From the NCBI GenBank assembly GCA_047639355.1, contig JBLIOC010000001.1, forward strand, positions 3,215 through 67,214: a DNA stretch of 64,000 bases. Reading direction: 5' to 3'. This document shows positions 38,396-47,301 of this stretch, in pieces. Source of the DNA: Minisyncoccia bacterium (GTDB lineage: Bacteria > Patescibacteriota > Minisyncoccia > Phycocordibacterales > UBA918). The notes beneath the pieces were generated by a model. It saw nothing but the letters and a program-made list of their open reading frames with translations. It did not search any database and was not told where the DNA came from. Every line of letters begins with the position of its first letter. The stretch's first letter is position 1. The translations under genes were made by a program, and so were the position numbers.

Positions 38396-39715
38396 ATGAA
38401 GGATTCGTATAAATCTTTAATAGTAAATCTAGCAGCCCCATTTTTTCTACTGATTGCCTTTTGGGTAATGTATGAAGCCTTTACTTTACTGCAGGTTGAT
38501 TTAAAACCAATTCTAGCTATAGTTTTGACACTGTCGCCAGTCTGGCTACCTATATTGTTGTTTTATATTTTATTTGATATGTGGTCCTGGTTTATACACT
38601 TAAAGTTTCAAGTAGAAAATGGAAGAACAACACTTCGTATCAAACTTCCTCAGGAAGTTTTCAAATCACCAGAAGCCATGGAAAGTGTTTTTTCACAAAT
38701 TCACAACTCGGGTCGGGCTGATAACCTTATGCAAACATATCTAGACGGTAGGCATGCACTTATAAATAGCTTTGAACTTGTCTCGATCGGGGGAGATGTT
38801 CGTTTCTACGTTAATGTTCCCACCAAAAAAATAAAAAACACCGTAGAGGCACAGCTCTATGCTCAATATCCTGGCATTGAAGTGGTGGAAGAACCGGTAG
38901 ACTACACTTCCGAAGTTGTTTGGGATCCAAAAATATGGGATTTCATTTCTTTTCATTTGGTAAAGAAGGATGAAAGTTTGTTTCCAATCAAAACGTACGT
39001 TGACTTCGGTATGGATAAGCTTCCGAAGGAAGAGTTAAAATTCGAACCAATGGCGGCGTTAATAGAACATCTCGGTAAAGTAAAACCGCACGAGCGGATT
39101 TGGGTACAAATATTGATGACGGCGCACGACAAAGAATCGTTCACCACTGGAAGTTTAAAAACTGTTCCGACTTGGGAAGGAAAAGCGTACTCTAAAATTA
39201 ATGAGATTATGAAACGGGATCAGTCTCATTTGGGTGCTGAGGAAACAGAAAGCAGGCCAGTTCTTACAATGTCAGAGCGAGACACTATCGCTGCGATAGA
39301 GCGTAACGTATCGAAACATGCTTACAATGTATCAATTAGAGCGATGTACATAACCGAAACAGGAAAATTCGACGCTGATATGATTAGTCCGTTGCTGAGA
39401 TCATTTTCGCAGTACGATGTTATTGGTAGGTCCGGTATCGGTGTACGGTGGCGAACTGATTTTAACTATAATTTTATTTCTGATTACTCTGGACGAAGAA
39501 AATACTTTATGAAAAAAAATGAACTTGAATCATACAAAGCTCGATTTTACATACCTGGTGATAAGAAGAAAGGGGCAGATGCTATGAAAGTTATGTCCGT
39601 TGAAGAATTAGCTACTATTTACCATATTCCAGGTACTTCAGTTGTGACTCCTAATCTCTCTCGAGTTGAATCAAATCGAAAAGAAGCGCCACCTAACCTA
39701 CCTATTGAACAATAA
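38396..39715 (+). CDS. Hypothetical membrane protein (2 N-terminal TM helices plus a ~370-aa soluble domain)
   Basis: Hydrophobic N-terminus. No P-loop or other recognised motif. C-terminal SVEELATIYHIPG. Confidence 0.5.
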   Translation: MKDSYKSLIVNLAAPFFLLIAFWVMYEAFTLLQVDLKPILAIVLTLSPVWLPILLFYILFDMWSWFIHLKFQVENGRTTLRIKLPQEVFKSPEAMESVFSQIHNSGRADNLMQTYLDGRHALINSFELVSIGGDVRFYVNVPTKKIKNTVEAQLYAQYPGIEVVEEPVDYTSEVVWDPKIWDFISFHLVKKDESLFPIKTYVDFGMDKLPKEELKFEPMAALIEHLGKVKPHERIWVQILMTAHDKESFTTGSLKTVPTWEGKAYSKINEIMKRDQSHLGAEETESRPVLTMSERDTIAAIERNVSKHAYNVSIRAMYITETGKFDADMISPLLRSFSQYDVIGRSGIGVRWRTDFNYNFISDYSGRRKYFMKKNELESYKARFYIPGDKKKGADAMKVMSVEELATIYHIPGTSVVTPNLSRVESNRKEAPPNLPIEQ

Positions 39716-39727
39716 ACTTACTCTTGT

Positions 39728-40759
39728 ATGACTGACGAACCGTTTCAATTCACACCTGAGTGCCGTAATAAAAACAAACATAAGAAAAGTTCTTATGTTG
39801 GCAAAGTACTGAGCTTGACTGCTGCATTAATATTCGTTGCAATTATTTTATTAGGTGTATCATATTGGTACGCAAGTGTATTAAATGAACCTCCGGCAAA
39901 TTTTCCTGTCAATAAATCAATCATTATAGAAAAAGGGACTGATGTTATGGAAATCACTGAAATACTTGAACAGGAGGGTGTGGTCAGGTCTAGTGTATTA
40001 TTGTATTACACTTTAGTTTTATTTCATGATTCAACTGACGTTAAGGCCAGCTCCTATGTTTTTGAAAACCCACTCTCAGCTTTTGCTGTAGCAGAACGTC
40101 TGACTCAGGGAGATTTCGACACAGACTTAATACGCTTTACTCACTTTGAAGGAGAAAGGGTGACGATATTGGCCAAGAGAGCAGAACAAGCTCTGCCCAA
40201 CTTTGATGTAAAAGCATTCATAGCAAGTTCCACACCGCATGAAGGTAAGTTGTTTCCTGACACATACTTCATTCCAACTGAATATAATGACGCTGAGCTG
40301 CTGATTTTACTGTTAGATACTTTTGAACAAAAAATTGCAGGATTTGACGAGCAGATTCAAGTATCGGATTTAACTCTAGATGAAATACTAGTTCTAGCTT
40401 CCATTATCGAACGCGAGGCTAACACAGCTGAATCTAAAAAGGCAATTTCAGGAGTCTTCAAAAACCGAATGAACATCGGTATGGCGCTACAAGCTGATGC
40501 TTCAATTGAATATATTTTAGACAAGCCGTTATCAGAACTTACCCCTGACGACTTAGAAATTGATTCCCCTTATAATACTTACCTCTACCTCGATCTACCT
40601 CCGACCCCAATTGGAAATCCTGGCTTCGATGCAATTGACGCTGTTCTTAACCCTACAGAATCTGAATATTACTATTACATAACTGATAATGACGGAGTCT
40701 TTCATTACTCCAAAACATATTCCGAGCATCTACGTAATATTGAGTTGTATTTACGGTAA
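39728..40759 (+). CDS. mltG: Endolytic murein transglycosylase MltG (YceG family)
   Basis: N-terminal TM helix; YceG core (LASIIEREANTAESKKAISGVFKNRMNIGMALQADAS ... PPTPIGNPG). Confidence 0.85.
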   Translation: MTDEPFQFTPECRNKNKHKKSSYVGKVLSLTAALIFVAIILLGVSYWYASVLNEPPANFPVNKSIIIEKGTDVMEITEILEQEGVVRSSVLLYYTLVLFHDSTDVKASSYVFENPLSAFAVAERLTQGDFDTDLIRFTHFEGERVTILAKRAEQALPNFDVKAFIASSTPHEGKLFPDTYFIPTEYNDAELLILLLDTFEQKIAGFDEQIQVSDLTLDEILVLASIIEREANTAESKKAISGVFKNRMNIGMALQADASIEYILDKPLSELTPDDLEIDSPYNTYLYLDLPPTPIGNPGFDAIDAVLNPTESEYYYYITDNDGVFHYSKTYSEHLRNIELYLR

Positions 40760-40785
40760 GTAAAACACGTGATAGCGTAACCATT

Positions 40786-41847
40786 ATGAATCAAGAGCAG
40801 ACAGTTTTTGTCGGTCTATCGGGGGGAGTAGATTCTTCCGTAGCGGCCCTTCGTTTAAAAAAACAAGGCTTCAATGTCGTTGGTGTTTTTATTAAAGTCT
40901 GGCACCCAAATTTTATGCCATGTAACTGGGAAGGTGAGCGGCTAGATGCAATGCGTGTAGCTGCTCATCTTAACATACCCTTTTTGACGTGTGACGCGGA
41001 GAGAGAGTACCTTGATGACGTAGCAAAGTATTTTATTTCAGAATATAAAGCAGGACGTACACCAAACCCAGATGTCATGTGTAACCAACATGTTAAATTC
41101 GGCGCTTTTCTACGTTTTGCAAAATCCCGCGGAGCTGATTTTATTGCTACTGGCCACTATGCACAAAGAGTAGAAAGTGAGAAGGGTCTAGAACTTCATC
41201 GTGGTATAGACGACAATAAAGACCAGACGTATTTCCTGTGGACATTATCAAAGGAGCAGTTAGAAGCTACTTTATTTCCAATTGGCAATACATCGAAAGA
41301 CAAAATTCGTACTGAAGCTGATGTTGCAAGAATACCAACTGCGCAAAAAAAAGACAGCCAAGGAATTTGCTTCTTGGGACATGTAGACATTCCAGAATTT
41401 CTTTCACACTACATTGAACTAGTTCCAGGCCCAGTTCTCGATGATGAGAATAATGTTATTGGTCGACACGTAGGAACTTTGGTATATACAATAGGACAGC
41501 GCCATGGTTTCACTTTAGATACACAAAATACTGAACGCCAAGCCATGTATGTAGTACATAAAGACAGTATTAATAATACAATAACTGTTTCATCAAAAAA
41601 GCCGACACTCAATAGTTTAGAATTAATAACCTTAGAAAATTTTGTACTTAGACAACTAATTAAGCCGGGTGACACTTTTGAGGCCCAGGCTCGTTACCGG
41701 CAAACGGCATTTGAAGTTTGTGTTGTTAATATCGACAACAGCCAGCTATGTCTTGAGTCAAGAGAAAAAACCGAACAACCAGCTGTAGGGCAGTCATGTG
41801 TACTATATAGGGGAACGGAATGCATTGGAGGTGGTATAGTTGTATGA
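40786..41847 (+). CDS. mnmA: tRNA-specific 2-thiouridylase MnmA
   Basis: PP-loop VGLSGGVDSSVAA, catalytic Cys region (DSQGICFLG) and a C-terminal beta-barrel. Confidence 0.9.
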   Translation: MNQEQTVFVGLSGGVDSSVAALRLKKQGFNVVGVFIKVWHPNFMPCNWEGERLDAMRVAAHLNIPFLTCDAEREYLDDVAKYFISEYKAGRTPNPDVMCNQHVKFGAFLRFAKSRGADFIATGHYAQRVESEKGLELHRGIDDNKDQTYFLWTLSKEQLEATLFPIGNTSKDKIRTEADVARIPTAQKKDSQGICFLGHVDIPEFLSHYIELVPGPVLDDENNVIGRHVGTLVYTIGQRHGFTLDTQNTERQAMYVVHKDSINNTITVSSKKPTLNSLELITLENFVLRQLIKPGDTFEAQARYRQTAFEVCVVNIDNSQLCLESREKTEQPAVGQSCVLYRGTECIGGGIVV

Positions 41848-41921
41848 ACAAAGGAGTGTAAACAATTATTATGAAGTTTGTCAGTAATGTGCTCTTGTTG
41901 AAGCTAGAGTTATAACCATAT

Positions 41922-42800
41922 TTGTTAAAAAGCCTCTCTTGTAGAAACCCCATTTTCATACCCATGCCAATCAAAATTAAAAAAGCCGATGGAAAATTAG
42001 AGTTTTTTAAAGTAGAGAAACTCAGACGTTCTCTTCGTCGAGCCGGTGCAGGTCCAGATGAAATAAATGAAATTGTAAGTAATGTTGATAATACGCTTTA
42101 CGACGGTATTCAAACTCAAGAAATCTACAGAAATGCTTTCAATTTACTCACTCATAGCCGTTCGCCAGCAGCAGCTCGTTATTCACTGCGACGTGCTCTT
42201 TTTAACCTAGGTCCGACCGGATTTCCCTTTGAAAAATTTTTAGCCCGGCTTTTCCAGGAAGATGGCTATTCAACACGGACAGGAATCATGCTTCAAGGTA
42301 ATTGTGCACCTCATGAAATAGACGTTGCTGCCTACACTGAGAACCATAGTTTTATCGGTGAAGCTAAATTCCATTCTAGACCTGGTATTAAGTCTGATCT
42401 TCAAGTAGCAATGTACTCGTACGCTCGTTTTCTCGACCTTCGTGACCAAAAAATTTGCCATGAGGATATTTGTGGAATAAAGGAATTTTGGCTAATTACT
42501 AACACAAAGTTTACTAGTACTGCTCAAGACTATGGTAATTGTGTCGGCTTAAATATGCTAAGTTGGGATTACCCAAAACGAAATAATCTACACGATCGGA
42601 TACAGCGTAGTGGAATTTACCCCATTACAGTCCTTCAAAATATTTCTTCGTCCCAAGCTGAGACTTTAATTGCTAGAGACATTATTCTTTGCCGTGACAT
42701 TGTTGATCAAGAGCATGTACTGAGACACCTCCATCTGTCCAAACCAAAGCAAGAAGCTTTGATGCAAGAGGCTCGTGAAATATCCAAGTTCCGATCATAA
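41922..42800 (+). CDS. ATP-cone domain fused to an Mrr-type (PD-(D/E)XK) restriction endonuclease-like domain
   Basis: ATP-cone (IKIKKADGKLEFFKVEKLRRSLRRAG ... TQEIYRNAF). Mrr_cat-like core with D...EAK (HEIDVAAYTENHSFIGEAKFHS). The probable start is the internal Met near 41964. Confidence 0.65.
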   Translation: MLKSLSCRNPIFIPMPIKIKKADGKLEFFKVEKLRRSLRRAGAGPDEINEIVSNVDNTLYDGIQTQEIYRNAFNLLTHSRSPAAARYSLRRALFNLGPTGFPFEKFLARLFQEDGYSTRTGIMLQGNCAPHEIDVAAYTENHSFIGEAKFHSRPGIKSDLQVAMYSYARFLDLRDQKICHEDICGIKEFWLITNTKFTSTAQDYGNCVGLNMLSWDYPKRNNLHDRIQRSGIYPITVLQNISSSQAETLIARDIILCRDIVDQEHVLRHLHLSKPKQEALMQEAREISKFRS

Positions 42801-42893
42801 GCAGTTAAAACTACCATTCTGTCAATGTTTCCGCTGTTTTTTCCTGTGATATACTCTCAATATTACTTAATCAACAAATCATAATCTTTACGT

Positions 42894-43448
42894 ATGGTAG
42901 AAGAAACACAGGACGTGCAGAAGACACTAGTAGCATTTGCCGTCGGACTCCTTATTGGTGGAATGTTGGTATGGGCATTCTCTGGACCAACAGTCAATGC
43001 ACCAGAGGCAACCAATGAAGACGAAGCTGAAGATGTGAACGCTCAAGTAAGAGATACAGACTCACTTATCTCATCTGAAGCAATTGAGTCCGAAGACACA
43101 AAGGCGGAAGAAGTTCCAAAAACGGAACTTAAGGTTGGTAAGGGTAACGTAGTTGTACCAGACCAGAAAGCAAGCGCATCTGTCAAACTGGACAGTGCAA
43201 CTTTCCCTGTCAGTGAAGGTTGGATTGGGATTCGTGAATATGACAATGATCAGCTGGGATATATCCTGGGTGTAGTTCGTTTTAGTGAATCACAAGATCT
43301 GGTTCCTTCCACAATAACTCTCCAGAGGCCAACCTCAGTAGGTAGTCGTTATGCGGTCGTTGTCTTTACTGAAGACGGAGATTTTGCCTTCAATCTAGCC
43401 GGTGACGTACAAATTGACACAATTTTTGATACTTTTGTAGCAAAATAA
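42894..43448 (+). CDS. Membrane-anchored acidic extracytoplasmic protein
   Basis: N-terminal TM helix (LVAFAVGLLIGGMLVWAF), then a Glu/Asp-rich linker and a beta-rich domain. Confidence 0.5.
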   Translation: MVEETQDVQKTLVAFAVGLLIGGMLVWAFSGPTVNAPEATNEDEAEDVNAQVRDTDSLISSEAIESEDTKAEEVPKTELKVGKGNVVVPDQKASASVKLDSATFPVSEGWIGIREYDNDQLGYILGVVRFSESQDLVPSTITLQRPTSVGSRYAVVVFTEDGDFAFNLAGDVQIDTIFDTFVAK

Positions 43449-43530
43449 CTAGTGTTCGAACTTAAGGTTGAAAAGAGCTGGCTTTAGGTCAGCTTTTTCT
43501 TGTCTCCTGTCATAATGCTATACTACAAAC

Positions 43531-44316
43531 ATGGCAGAATATACATACAAATATAATCCAAACAGAAGTGCCGAATGGAACTATGGAGGTGCAAAGTGGA
43601 AGCTTTCGCGCTCCAAAATAGATTTTTTCTTTGAGTGTCCACGATGCTTCTATTTAGATAATGTACTAGGTACAAAACGTCCTGGATTCCCTTCCTTTAA
43701 TCTTAATATTGCTGTCGATGAGCTTTTCAAAAAGGAGTTTGATGTCCATCGTGAAGGACAAACAAAGCACCCGATAATGGATGAGTACGGTATAGACGCT
43801 GTACCATTTCAACATGAAATGATCGACACGTGGCGCGATCCATTTGTCGCGATAACTACAACTCACGAACCAACCGGCTTAACGGTTAGTGGAGGAGTCG
43901 ACGACATCTGGGTAACACCAGAAAAGAAGCTTATAATTATCGACTACAAAGCAACATCTAAAAACGGTAAAATTGATAAGCTCGGTGACAGTCCATGGGA
44001 ACTACAGTATGCAAGACAACTCGGTGTGTACAGATGGCTTTTAGAGCAAAACGGCTTTACAGTCGAAGATACTGGCTATCTTGTCTACGCTAATGCGAGC
44101 AAGGATGAACCAGGGTTTGATAACAAGCTTGTCTTTGAAACTACATTAGTGTCAGTTGAGACAGATGTTGACTGGATCGAACCAGCAATCTACGATATTA
44201 AAAACTGCCTAGATCAAAAAGATTTACCTAAAATTGGCGAAAAATGTGAATTCTGTCCCTACCGTGAAGCCTCAGGAAAGAAGCTCCAGGCTGTTCACTT
44301 TGCTAACAAAAAGTGA
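43531..44316 (+). CDS. Cas4-like Fe-S PD-(D/E)XK nuclease (DUF83/RecB-nuclease family), stand-alone
   Basis: N-terminal ECPRCFYL (compare Cas4 YCPRKFYL). Nuclease motifs GGVDDIW ... IIIDYK and QYARQLGVY. C-terminal CEFCPYRE. Four Cys bracket the nuclease core. Confidence 0.65.
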   Translation: MAEYTYKYNPNRSAEWNYGGAKWKLSRSKIDFFFECPRCFYLDNVLGTKRPGFPSFNLNIAVDELFKKEFDVHREGQTKHPIMDEYGIDAVPFQHEMIDTWRDPFVAITTTHEPTGLTVSGGVDDIWVTPEKKLIIIDYKATSKNGKIDKLGDSPWELQYARQLGVYRWLLEQNGFTVEDTGYLVYANASKDEPGFDNKLVFETTLVSVETDVDWIEPAIYDIKNCLDQKDLPKIGEKCEFCPYREASGKKLQAVHFANKK

Positions 44317-44366
44317 TAAATTAAAATCCTAACAGGAAAAATAAAATCAATATTACTTTTTAAATT

Positions 44367-45140
44367 TTACCTGCGAAAATTCCATCTATTGAAAGCTAGA
44401 AGCAAAAGCGATAACAGTAATCCAAAGAAAAATACACCTCCTCCATCACCCCATAGTCCAAAGCCATTTACGAATAACACAAACAGTACGATTGTGACCA
44501 GAAGCTGGACAGTTACATATTTTTGTCTGAATACAGTTTTTCTAGTTTTGGGTGCATACGCTAAAGCAGTCGGTAACAAGGTAAATAAGAATACAATTGA
44601 GAACATTGCAAAAACTGATTTTTTATAAGAAAAATGACTACTTACAGCAAGTATTTCTTGATCAGCTCTAATTTCTTGATACTTATTAATATCTCCGTCA
44701 GAAATATATTTTGCCATTGAAACAACCTTCTGCACATCCCCATCACATCCTTTAAAATAGTCAGAATCAAGTTCTGCTGAACATCGATTAGATGCTCCTT
44801 GGAGTGAAATGCGCCCACTGATTACGTAAATACCATCAATAGTAAAAACCGAGCTTGTTGCCTGAACCATAGAGACAAATTCTACGCTCAAAGTATTTTC
44901 TCTCATCTCATCATAAGAAGATCCGCAATTCTCGCCATTTGGTCTAGGAACAATCGAAAACGAATCAACACATACGCTGTCTTTACAATACACGTACGAC
45001 TCCTGATGCAGGTTGCCACACCTATACGCTTCAGTATTTGAGGGGTAAGAAAGTACAATTAAACAAGCAAAGGACAAACAAGCAAAAAGATTTTTCATAA
45101 ATAAATGGTACCATGACAGCATGAATGATTTTACACTCAC
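44367..45140 (-). CDS. Secreted Cys-rich protein with C-terminal TM helices
   Basis: Signal peptide (ACLIVLSYPSNTEA), 10 Cys in the ectodomain, two C-terminal hydrophobic helices. Confidence 0.5.
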   Translation of the reverse strand: MSVKSFMLSWYHLFMKNLFACLSFACLIVLSYPSNTEAYRCGNLHQESYVYCKDSVCVDSFSIVPRPNGENCGSSYDEMRENTLSVEFVSMVQATSSVFTIDGIYVISGRISLQGASNRCSAELDSDYFKGCDGDVQKVVSMAKYISDGDINKYQEIRADQEILAVSSHFSYKKSVFAMFSIVFLFTLLPTALAYAPKTRKTVFRQKYVTVQLLVTIVLFVLFVNGFGLWGDGGGVFFFGLLLSLLLLAFNRWNFRR

Positions 45141-45378
45141 GGTTCGCGAAGTGGTCCGTAAAATCCCTAGGGGGAAAGTTATGACCTATTCTGAGGTCGC
45201 CAAAGCAGCTCGAAATCCTAAGGCAGCGCGGGCAGTGGCTAATGTTATGGCTAAGAATTTTGACGAAGGTGTACCTTGTCATCGAGTTATTAGGAGTGAT
45301 GGTAAACTCGGAGGCTACAACAGAGGAGGGGAGGCTGTTAAAAGAAGTTTGTTACTAGCCGAGGGTGCTGTATTATGA
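45121..45378 (+). CDS. Mini O6-alkylguanine-DNA alkyltransferase-family protein (C-terminal DNA-binding/active-site domain only)
   Basis: 85 aa carrying VPCHRVIRSDGKLGGY (the PCHRV active-site motif of the MGMT/Ogt family). Confidence 0.7.
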   Translation: MNDFTLTVREVVRKIPRGKVMTYSEVAKAARNPKAARAVANVMAKNFDEGVPCHRVIRSDGKLGGYNRGGEAVKRSLLLAEGAVL

Positions 45379-45405
45379 TGTTATTAATTTCTTGAACTAA
45401 AATTA

Positions 45406-46008
45406 TTGCGTATGTATACATATAAATTAGAACAAGCTATTAAGGCGGCGGGAATCTTACATCAAGACCAGTTACGAAAAGGCTCTGTACCTTTGCCATA
45501 CATAACGCACCTGATGGCCGTTATGCTTATTTTACGTGATTACACTTCCGAGGAAGACACGCTAGTTGCCGCCCTCCTCCATGACACACTAGAAGACACT
45601 GACTACACAGCTGAAGAATTAAAGGTTGATTTTGGTGAAAATGTAGCTGTTCTAGTTCAAACTTTGACCGAACCGAAAGTTAGGAATGGAGTAGAGGTTC
45701 CCTGGTTGGAGAAAAAAAAGGAATATGCTAAACAACTTCGTAAGGGGAGAATAGAAGCAGTAATGATAGCTGCGGCAGACAAGGCTCATAATTTTCGCTC
45801 ATTAGTAGAGGAATACTACGAAGACCACAACAGATTTCTGCAAGATTTTGGACCACATTTAAGCGATAGGCTAGAAGCGTACCAGACCATATCTAATGCC
45901 ATTAACAGCCGCTTGCCAGATGGTATAGTACATGAGTTCAACAACACTTTTCAAGAATATAAAAATTTCATTTACGATGTCCAAAAATCCCTCACTAAAA
46001 CTGACTAA
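45406..46008 (+). CDS. HD-domain protein, Rel/Spo-type (p)ppGpp hydrolase-like (small alarmone hydrolase)
   Basis: HLMAVMLIL ... VAALLHDTLEDT matches the Rel/SpoT HD_4 signature; 200 aa. Confidence 0.7.
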   Translation: MRMYTYKLEQAIKAAGILHQDQLRKGSVPLPYITHLMAVMLILRDYTSEEDTLVAALLHDTLEDTDYTAEELKVDFGENVAVLVQTLTEPKVRNGVEVPWLEKKKEYAKQLRKGRIEAVMIAAADKAHNFRSLVEEYYEDHNRFLQDFGPHLSDRLEAYQTISNAINSRLPDGIVHEFNNTFQEYKNFIYDVQKSLTKTD

Positions 46009-47299
46009 AAAGAATTTGTTTCCAGGCTTTGTCTTCGTATCGAGCGCTGCTGGAGTTAAAGAATATCTGCTAAAATCAAACGGTCTAAGGGTTTTATACT
46101 TCCATCGGCCTGACACTGGAGTCATTACTACTAATATCACCTACTTGGTTGGAGCTAGAGACGAAGCTCGGGGCGAAACTGGGCTGGCTCATATGCTTGA
46201 GCATATGCTCTTTAAGCCAACGACTTTTGATGTGGCAAATGGTGTCGCGGCCGGTGGAGCGATGCAGTTTGAACGAGAAACTGGTTGTATCCTAAACGCC
46301 AACACTTGGACAGACCGCACTACTTACTTTTTTAATTATCCGGTAGAGTATTTAGCTAACGCTCTTCGAATTGAGTCAGAACGTATGGTTGGTACAATCT
46401 TAACTGACAAAGAACTTAAGCCCGAACAAGGAAATGTGCTGAGTGAATTTGATATGTACAATGGTGACCCTTATTTTGCTCTAGATGTGCAAATGATTAG
46501 TGCTGCTTTTCAGTCGCATCCTTATGGACACGAAACAATAGGCTTCCGTGAAGATATTGAGGATTATAATGCTGAAAAACTGGGTCGATTTTATCGAGAC
46601 TACTACCGACCCGACAACGCTATAATGATGGTCATCGGTGACGTTGATTTAGAGACAGCTCTTAAGTCTGTAAAAAAAGAGTTTAGCTCTATCAAAAAGC
46701 CCTCTTCACCAATTCCACGATTCTCTATTCGTGAGCCCAAACAGGAAGGTTTGCGCCGGGTTGAAATAGAGCGCAATTCAAGTACTAATGTTGTGTCGAT
46801 AGGCTTCAAAAGTGCCCCGTTCCCCTCAAAGGAGTGGTTTATAGCCGGCATAATGTCGGACGTTTTAACCATGGGTCCAGAAAGTATTCTTCATAAATTA
46901 CTAGTTGATACTGGTAAAGCGTCAAGTGTGACTAGCTCTGTAGGGCCTTGCTCTGAAGAATACTTAGTACAAATTATTATTACTTTGGCAACAGATCAGA
47001 ATCATAGAGAAATAGAAGAGTTAACTCTTAATGAAATTAAGACACTGACTTCTAAAACCCTCACTTCATTGGTAAAAAAAGTTAAAGCCAAGATGGTTAC
47101 CGATGAACTCTTTGGACGTTCCCGGTCACTCAGTATTGCTCAAGAACTTACAGAGTACGTAGCTTCGGGAAATTGGGAAATGTACGCCAAAACACCAGAA
47201 ATGCTGGCGAACATCACTGTCAAAGAGGTTGTAGACTGTGTAAAAATGAGTTTCACGAACACTCAGATGACTATTGGCTACTTTAAAGGAATATCTTAA
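45977..47299 (+). CDS. M16 (pitrilysin/insulinase) family zinc peptidase, active subunit
   Basis: Inverted zinc motif HMLEHMLF ... E. The start is chosen at MSKNPSL, giving a 32-nt overlap with the upstream gene. Confidence 0.8.
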   Translation: MSKNPSLKLTKKNLFPGFVFVSSAAGVKEYLLKSNGLRVLYFHRPDTGVITTNITYLVGARDEARGETGLAHMLEHMLFKPTTFDVANGVAAGGAMQFERETGCILNANTWTDRTTYFFNYPVEYLANALRIESERMVGTILTDKELKPEQGNVLSEFDMYNGDPYFALDVQMISAAFQSHPYGHETIGFREDIEDYNAEKLGRFYRDYYRPDNAIMMVIGDVDLETALKSVKKEFSSIKKPSSPIPRFSIREPKQEGLRRVEIERNSSTNVVSIGFKSAPFPSKEWFIAGIMSDVLTMGPESILHKLLVDTGKASSVTSSVGPCSEEYLVQIIITLATDQNHREIEELTLNEIKTLTSKTLTSLVKKVKAKMVTDELFGRSRSLSIAQELTEYVASGNWEMYAKTPEMLANITVKEVVDCVKMSFTNTQMTIGYFKGIS

Positions 47300-47301
47300 A
47301 T

